Source: an uncultured Candidatus Saccharibacteria bacterium
GTDB taxonomy: Bacteria > Patescibacteriota > Minisyncoccia > Phycocordibacterales > DATGWK01
Assembly (NCBI GenBank): GCA_964428845.1
Contig: CAYRZH010000001.1
Span: 204,445-268,444 of the forward strand
Length of the DNA stretch: 64,000 bases
Direction of reading: 5' to 3'
In this document: positions 56,546-64,000 of the stretch, one piece after another
Numbering within the stretch: the stretch's first letter is position 1
Layout: every line of letters begins with the position of its first letter
Position numbers and translations under genes: made by a program
Notes under the pieces: generated by a model
Told to the model about the DNA's origin: nothing
Seen by the model: only the letters and a program-made list of their open reading frames with translations
Databases searched by the model: none

Positions 56546-58606
56546 ATGAATTTAACTAAGTCAACAAGTGCGAAAGTTATCGCTGGTCTTGTTGGTTTGG
56601 CTCTTGCGATAGTTTTTGTTGTAACACCAGTTACTACAAAGGCTCAAACAATTGCTGAACTACAGGCGCAAATCAATGCGCTTCTAGCAACAATCGCATC
56701 ATTACAAGGATCAGTTGGCGGTACAAGTGGCAGCATGTCATATACCTTCAATTCTGATTTAACTGTTGGTAGCACAGGATCTGATGTCGTTGCCCTTCAA
56801 ACTTATTTGGAGGAACGCGCTTTCCTAACCATGCCATCTGGTGTTGCTAAGGGATATTTCGGTCCTCTTACACAGGCAGCTACCAAGTCTTGGCAAGCTA
56901 GCGTAGGACTTCCGTCAACAGGTTACTTTGGCCCTCTTTCGAGAGCTAAAATCAACGCTGTTGCTCCGGTAGTTCCACCGGCAACCAGCGGCTGTCCAGC
57001 AGGCGCAATGTACAATTCAGTAACGGGCGCACCATGTACAACAACCCCAGCTCCAACAGCAGGCTGTCCAACAGGTGCACTCTTCAATTCACAGACAGGC
57101 GCACCATGTACGACAGTTCCACCAACGGGCGCCACTGAAGGTTCAATCACAACAAGATTGGCCGCTACACCTCCAGACAATGCCAACGTTCGCCAAACAA
57201 CGGACGTTCTTGTTTATGGAATCGAGGTGGAAGCTGTAGGTTCAGATATGCTAACTGACCGTGTAGATTTGCAGGTTTCTGTTACGCCAACGGGCGGTTC
57301 AGCTTCAAATCCTGGAATCTTCATCAATAAAATTGCAGCTTGGCAAGGAAGCACGATGTTGAAGTCGTGGCCTATTAGTTCAACAAGTTTCTCTAAGGAT
57401 TCTGCAGATCGTTATCACATAATCCTTAGCGGTCTTGGTGTGAATGTTCCTAGGGGAACAAAGAAGGATATAACCTTCAGTTTCAGTGTTAACGCTCTCA
57501 ACTCTACAGATGCTAACCGCGCTGTTACTGTCCAGGGTTATGCTGGAAACACACAGAACGTTCGTGCAATGGATACCGCTGGATTCGCTTCTTACGCTGA
57601 TATGTCTGGTTCGGCCAATACCCGATCTCACACATTCAAGCCAGCAGGTTCCTCTACACTTACGGTTTCTTTGAACAACACCTTGACACCAAAGGCGGCA
57701 AATCACAAACTAAGTACGACAAACGGAATCACAAAGTTGATTATGCAAGGATTCTCGGCTAAGTCTGAATCTGGTGATTCTAAAATCACTAAGGTTATCG
57801 TAGCTTCAAACGCTACAGCTACAGCCGGTATGCCTTCAACACTTTATCTTTGTGATGGTGCTGATACTGCCTGCGCAAGTCCTCTTGGCAGTGTTACTGC
57901 CGGAAATGCAGATGGAGTTCAGTCACTATTCAGTAGTTTGAGCCTTTCGGTTCCACAGGACACAACTAGGAATTTCTTGATTGCTGCTGATTTCCCAACA
58001 ACAGGTGGAGGTCAACAGGCAAGTACATCCCTTATGACAAACAGCGTCCAGTGGGAACAACCTGATGGTTCAACGTCAAGTACTACCCCTTCAAGTGAAA
58101 TTGCTGGTAATGACCACTATAACGCCGCTGAAGTACCAATCTGGACACTTATCAGTGCTCCAACACCAGTTATTTCAGAGCCTGGTTTTGCTACTGCCGC
58201 TTCAAGCTCGATCTCTGCAACCTTGACGTTTACAGTTAAGGGAGAAGGAGGCGCTTTGACAAAGCCTGTTATTGGAGACTTCGGTCTATGTTTTGCTTCT
58301 AGTACCCAGACTACTTACACCGCTGGTGGTGTAAATTGTATTGGTGCTGGCGCTTCAGGATTCACTTCAGTAATTGAAGGCATCTCTCCATCGGACAGCG
58401 AAGTTGGCGATGGTGGAATGTACACGGTAACTGTTAAAGCAACCTTGAGTACAACCGGTGCAGCAGGGGCAAACGTTCCTCCTGCTTCGGCCAACTACAT
58501 GCTCGTGGCCACATCGACCCGTGCAACAGTTGGAAGCAACAACTTAAGGCAGACTTGGAACGTATCGGATTGGCACACACCATTCGCTTACCTAACAAGA
58601 AACTAA
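56546..58606 (+). CDS. Secreted S-layer-like protein with a peptidoglycan-binding domain
   Basis: Signal peptide, AQTIAELQAQI coiled coil, LTVGSTGSDVVALQ..GYFGPLT, Thr/Ser/Gly-rich; ~300-nt leader and terminator 58656-58689. Confidence 0.78.
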   Translation: MNLTKSTSAKVIAGLVGLALAIVFVVTPVTTKAQTIAELQAQINALLATIASLQGSVGGTSGSMSYTFNSDLTVGSTGSDVVALQTYLEERAFLTMPSGVAKGYFGPLTQAATKSWQASVGLPSTGYFGPLSRAKINAVAPVVPPATSGCPAGAMYNSVTGAPCTTTPAPTAGCPTGALFNSQTGAPCTTVPPTGATEGSITTRLAATPPDNANVRQTTDVLVYGIEVEAVGSDMLTDRVDLQVSVTPTGGSASNPGIFINKIAAWQGSTMLKSWPISSTSFSKDSADRYHIILSGLGVNVPRGTKKDITFSFSVNALNSTDANRAVTVQGYAGNTQNVRAMDTAGFASYADMSGSANTRSHTFKPAGSSTLTVSLNNTLTPKAANHKLSTTNGITKLIMQGFSAKSESGDSKITKVIVASNATATAGMPSTLYLCDGADTACASPLGSVTAGNADGVQSLFSSLSLSVPQDTTRNFLIAADFPTTGGGQQASTSLMTNSVQWEQPDGSTSSTTPSSEIAGNDHYNAAEVPIWTLISAPTPVISEPGFATAASSSISATLTFTVKGEGGALTKPVIGDFGLCFASSTQTTYTAGGVNCIGAGASGFTSVIEGISPSDSEVGDGGMYTVTVKATLSTTGAAGANVPPASANYMLVATSTRATVGSNNLRQTWNVSDWHTPFAYLTRN

Positions 58607-58745
58607 GCTTCTTGTGGTCTTCTGGTAAACTTAGGTTTATCACTAGATTAGCTTAACAAAACCGCCCCCTCGTGGGGCGGTTTTGTTTTGTCTGGAAAGT
58701 TCAATCGGAGAGATTTTTGGGCACTTTTTTTGTATAATAGTTGGT

Positions 58746-58847
58746 ATGGAGAAGTATTTTAATAAGACCTTTTTTAAATTCCTAACAACTTTTTTGGTAA
58801 TCCTCTTTTGTAGTCTTATTGTTTTCTATATAGCATCTATGGCTTGA
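58746..58847 (+). CDS. 33-aa single-TM small protein
   Basis: MEKYFNKTFFKFLTTFLVILFCSLIVFYIASMA; TATAAT just upstream (leaderless). Confidence 0.5.
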   Translation: MEKYFNKTFFKFLTTFLVILFCSLIVFYIASMA

Positions 58848-58880
58848 CTTCGACATAGGTTTCGTTATAGTTCTATCTGT

Positions 58881-58995
58881 TGAGGCCGAAGACAATAGGC
58901 AGCTCGAAGGCTTAGTGACAAGACGGAGAATAAGCTAGAGCAGAGGTCCTATCGAGGTTTACCACCCTAGTCTTTTGTGTGGCCTTTATAAAGGT
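58881..58995 (+). promoter_or_regulatory. Ribosomal protein L10 leader
   Basis: CCGAAGACAATAGG...CCTATCGAGG pattern upstream of rplJ; TTGACT..TATAGT promoter. Confidence 0.65.
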
Positions 58996-59019
58996 CGTTT
59001 TGTTTATTAGAAAAAAATT

Positions 59020-59508
59020 ATGGCAGTATCAAAATCTAAGAAAAAAGAAGTGCTCGAAAGTTTAAGCCCAGTTCTTAAGAATTCAGAGTCTGTGGTCTTT
59101 ATAAATTTTCATGGCCTTTCTTCTAACGATGCAAATTCATTCAGAAAAGCACTGAAGAATAAAGAAGTTAGACTAACAGTTGCCAAGAAGACCTTGGTGA
59201 AGAAAGCTCTTGAGGAAGCCAAGATCCCCGGCACCATGCCAGAACTCAATGGAGAACTTGCCTTGGCCTACGGCGCTGACGCCATTTTGCCGGCAAGCGA
59301 AGTGTATTCATTCCAAAGGAAACTAGATAATAAGATATCTATTTTGGGGGGAATTTTCGGGGGAAAGTTTGCTGGTAAGGACGAGATGGTGACGATCGCC
59401 CAGATTCCACCACTCCCTGTGCTGTATGGGCAGTTTGTAAATCTTATAAATTCTCCAATTCAAGGGTTTGTGATGGCACTAAGTGAGATAGCTAAAAAGA
59501 AAGCTTAA
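59020..59508 (+). CDS. rplJ: 50S ribosomal protein L10
   Basis: KKKEV, FHGL, VAKKTL; directly upstream of rplL. Confidence 0.92.
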   Translation: MAVSKSKKKEVLESLSPVLKNSESVVFINFHGLSSNDANSFRKALKNKEVRLTVAKKTLVKKALEEAKIPGTMPELNGELALAYGADAILPASEVYSFQRKLDNKISILGGIFGGKFAGKDEMVTIAQIPPLPVLYGQFVNLINSPIQGFVMALSEIAKKKA

Positions 59509-59529
59509 TAATTAACTAAAAGAAAAAAT

Positions 59530-59952
59530 ATGGAAGAAACAAAGGTAACTGATGGTGGAGCTAGCGCAGAAACGGCAGAGACCCCCTCAAAGTTCAAATC
59601 AATAGTCGAAAGCATAGAAAAGATGTCAGTTCTAGACTTACACGAACTCGTCAAGTTTCTAGAGAAGAAATTTGGAGTTTCTGCGGCTGCGGTAGCTGTG
59701 GCTGCCGCACCAGGTGCCGCTGGTGCCCCAGCTGAAGAGAAATCAACATTTAACGTCAATCTAACTGACGGTGGTGCCCAGAAGATTGCTGTTATTAAGG
59801 TTGTCAAAGAGTTGCTTGGTTTGGGCCTTAAGGAAGCAAAAGATCTTGTTGACGCCGCTCCTTCTAAACTTAAGGATGGTATGAAAAAGGAAGAGGCAGA
59901 AGCCCTCAAGAAAAAGATCGAAGAAGCCGGTGGAAAGGTAGAATTGAAGTAA
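59530..59952 (+). CDS. rplL: 50S ribosomal protein L7/L12
   Basis: [32 protein letters not shown]. Confidence 0.97.
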   Translation: MEETKVTDGGASAETAETPSKFKSIVESIEKMSVLDLHELVKFLEKKFGVSAAAVAVAAAPGAAGAPAEEKSTFNVNLTDGGAQKIAVIKVVKELLGLGLKEAKDLVDAAPSKLKDGMKKEEAEALKKKIEEAGGKVELK

Positions 59953-60015
59953 CAAAAGGTTTCAGAAGGGTGGTCTTCTAAGACGGGTGTTTGTGCTATA
60001 CTGTCGCCAATAATT

Positions 60016-60636
60016 ATGGACATCTTGGAGAAAATCTTTGGAAGTAACGCTAAGGTTAAAATAATGAGGATTTTCTTGTTTAATCCTTCTGTTCCTTATG
60101 ACTTGATGTCCGTTTCCTCGAGAGCCAAGGTTACGAAAGAAACAGCCCGCAAAGAGCTTAAACTTCTACAGGAAATTTGTCTTATTAAACCAAGATCTTT
60201 CTTCAAAGATTTTGTGGTCAAAGATGGGAAGAGGCGCTTGGTAAAGAGGAAAAAAGTTAGGGGGTGGATATTGAATGAAGAATTTTCGTATCTTATCCCT
60301 CTTCAGAATCTTTTAATCCACACCAGTCTTCTTGGGGATAGAGAAATAATCAATAAATTCAGTAAAGTTGGCCGTGTTCGATTGTTGATAATTTCTGGTA
60401 TTTTCATCCAAGAGCGAGAAAGTCGGGTGGATTTGCTCATTGTTGGAGACAGTCTAAAAAAACCCGCCATAGACTCGGTTATTAAACGTATTGAGTCTGA
60501 AGTTGGGAAAGAGCTCGCCTACGCGGCTTTTGAGACCACGGACTTTCAGTATAGGCTCGGCATGTACGACAAGCTCATACGCGATATCCTCGATTATCCT
60601 CATAGAAAAGTCATAAATAAACTAGGTATTGCCTAA
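60016..60636 (+). CDS. wHTH plus nucleotidyltransferase-like conserved protein
   Basis: LEKIFGS.AKVKIMR.FL N-terminus; SG.F....SRVDLLIVGD. Confidence 0.7.
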   Translation: MDILEKIFGSNAKVKIMRIFLFNPSVPYDLMSVSSRAKVTKETARKELKLLQEICLIKPRSFFKDFVVKDGKRRLVKRKKVRGWILNEEFSYLIPLQNLLIHTSLLGDREIINKFSKVGRVRLLIISGIFIQERESRVDLLIVGDSLKKPAIDSVIKRIESEVGKELAYAAFETTDFQYRLGMYDKLIRDILDYPHRKVINKLGIA

Positions 60637-60784
60637 AACGCGCCATAAACCCGTTATCCACAAGTATTTTTTACTGACTTGGGAGCCTTTTAGGTAGTGA
60701 TATAATAAGTACGTAGGTTATTAATTAATTTATTAGTATTAATGAGCATATTGGCGTGATTGTCATATGTCTCACCAAACGCGT

Positions 60785-61474
60785 ATGATAGTAGAAACAT
60801 GGGGGAATGTGCTAACTGCTACATTCCAGAATCTTTGGGGGGGTATTGCAAATTTTGTCCCAAACTTGATTATTGCCATCCTTATAGTTGTTGTCGGTTG
60901 GCTAATCGGAGCACTCCTCGGAAGAGTTATTTCTCAAGTTATAAGATCACTTAAGATCGATGAGGCTTTGAGAAAAGCTGGTGTTGAGGACGCTCTTGCT
61001 AAGGGCGGGATGATGCTAAACTCGGGCAATTTTGTCGGAGGACTTGTAAAATGGTTTGTCATTGTTGTATTTCTTGTCGCTGCCTTTGATGTTTTGCAAC
61101 TCACACAGGTGAATGCTTTCCTACAGGAAGTAGTTCTTGGCTACCTACCACGAGTAATAGTTGCCGTATTAGTTCTTCTAGTGGCTGCTGTAATCGGTGA
61201 CATTATGCAGAAAGTTGTCACCACGTCAGCAAAGACTGCAGAAATAAGATCAGCTCGCTTCCTTGGCGTTGTAACAAAGTGGGCAATCTGGATCTTCGCG
61301 ATTCTTGTGGCGATGGTTCACCTCGGAATCGCTTCTGTGTTTATCCAAACACTCTTTACTGGTGTTGTTGTGGCTTTGTCACTTGCACTCGGCCTTGCTT
61401 TTGGACTTGGAGGACAGGATTCAGCTTCAAGGTTTCTTGAAAAAGTTAAACACGACATTTCTCACAAAGAATAG
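60785..61474 (+). CDS. TM-helix-repeat (CmpX/MscS N-terminal-like) membrane protein
   Basis: FVPNLIIA, YLPRVIVA, ALGLAFGLGG; terminator 61494-61526. Confidence 0.8.
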   Translation: MIVETWGNVLTATFQNLWGGIANFVPNLIIAILIVVVGWLIGALLGRVISQVIRSLKIDEALRKAGVEDALAKGGMMLNSGNFVGGLVKWFVIVVFLVAAFDVLQLTQVNAFLQEVVLGYLPRVIVAVLVLLVAAVIGDIMQKVVTTSAKTAEIRSARFLGVVTKWAIWIFAILVAMVHLGIASVFIQTLFTGVVVALSLALGLAFGLGGQDSASRFLEKVKHDISHKE

Positions 61475-61552
61475 TAGTTTTTAAAGTTTTCGATCAAAAA
61501 ACCCCGTTTCTTACGGGGTTTTTTGATTTATTAGATGTTTACCCTCCAAAAT

Positions 61553-61580
61553 TTGACAGTTAAAATACAATGGCTATACT
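61553..61580 (+). promoter_or_regulatory. Promoter of the stand-alone 23S rRNA gene
   Basis: TTGACA...TG-TATACT, boxA-like AACTTTAACAA at ~61612, then a ~420-nt hairpin-rich leader. Confidence 0.65.
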
Positions 61581-62004
61581 ATCCCTACAGCTTTATGAGT
61601 AATTACTTCAGAACTTTAACAAAGCGGAAAAGATAACGCGTGTCATTTTGTTGTTATCTTCGGCCGCTTCGAGCGGTTTTTTTGTTTCTTGTCGTCGTGA
61701 GAGTTGAGGTTTGCGAGACCCCTGGTACACTCGCGGTCTGAAAGCTTACGACGGTACGAAACGGTTTCCACGATTGAACTGATTGAATTTTGAAAATTGA
61801 ATTCTGTCGCACATCTTGTTTTCTGAGGTCTTATAGATGTGCAGACAGACGCTCCGGCATGAGTAATGCTGGAGCATGCCGAGCTATCCGCGAGCAAGCG
61901 GGTGGTTCGGCAACAGGTGAAAAATAAGTATCGTGTTGTGTCGGGTTGATAAAAATGATTCTACACAACAGGTTACAATGGAAAATTGTGGTTTTTACAT
62001 TTCC

Positions 62005-64000
<1,996 letters not shown>

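Noticed and set aside
56150-60663. oriC from DnaA boxes at 56150 and 60655
   Set aside because: Isolated single boxes upstream of promoters, with no cluster and no dnaA/dnaN nearby.

Overview
64 kb of a small-genome bacterial chromosome that looks like Patescibacteria/CPR (Parcubacteria-like), using genetic code 11. Evidence for this placement: rplK without rplA, alpha2 GlyRS, a stand-alone 23S rRNA gene carrying an insertion, and many apparently leaderless genes. The core content is translation genes (rplS, rplK, rplJ, rplL, rpsF, rpsR, efp, argS, ileS, glyQS, metG, tRNA-Val/Leu/His, 5' part of 23S), recA, recO, ftsK, ssb, a CsoR-CopA copper cluster, B12-dependent nrdJ with an adenosyltransferase, a thymidylate cluster (dCMP deaminase, thyA, folA, glyA, dut) and an S-layer-like protein. 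Between these lie self-contained promoter-leader-gene-terminator units. The most unusual observations are: (1) two copies of a 70-nt tRNA/tmRNA-like RNA with a G3.U70 acceptor stem, plus an adjacent ~48-nt sRNA whose 5' end is complementary to their anticodon-like arm over 19 nt; (2) five genes resembling CPR diversity-generating-retroelement (DGR) targets, three with counted adenine-poor 3' ends, two of them in the same slot of a tandem cassette next to an identical pilin gene; (3) twin micro-ORF units sharing a P-x-K-V-P-[KR]-R-R motif; (4) about 13 TAAARGACA-like boxes in and upstream of an HTH gene beside ftsK. No CRISPR array, reverse transcriptase, integrase or transposase was recognised. 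All functional calls come from manual motif recognition; no searches were run.
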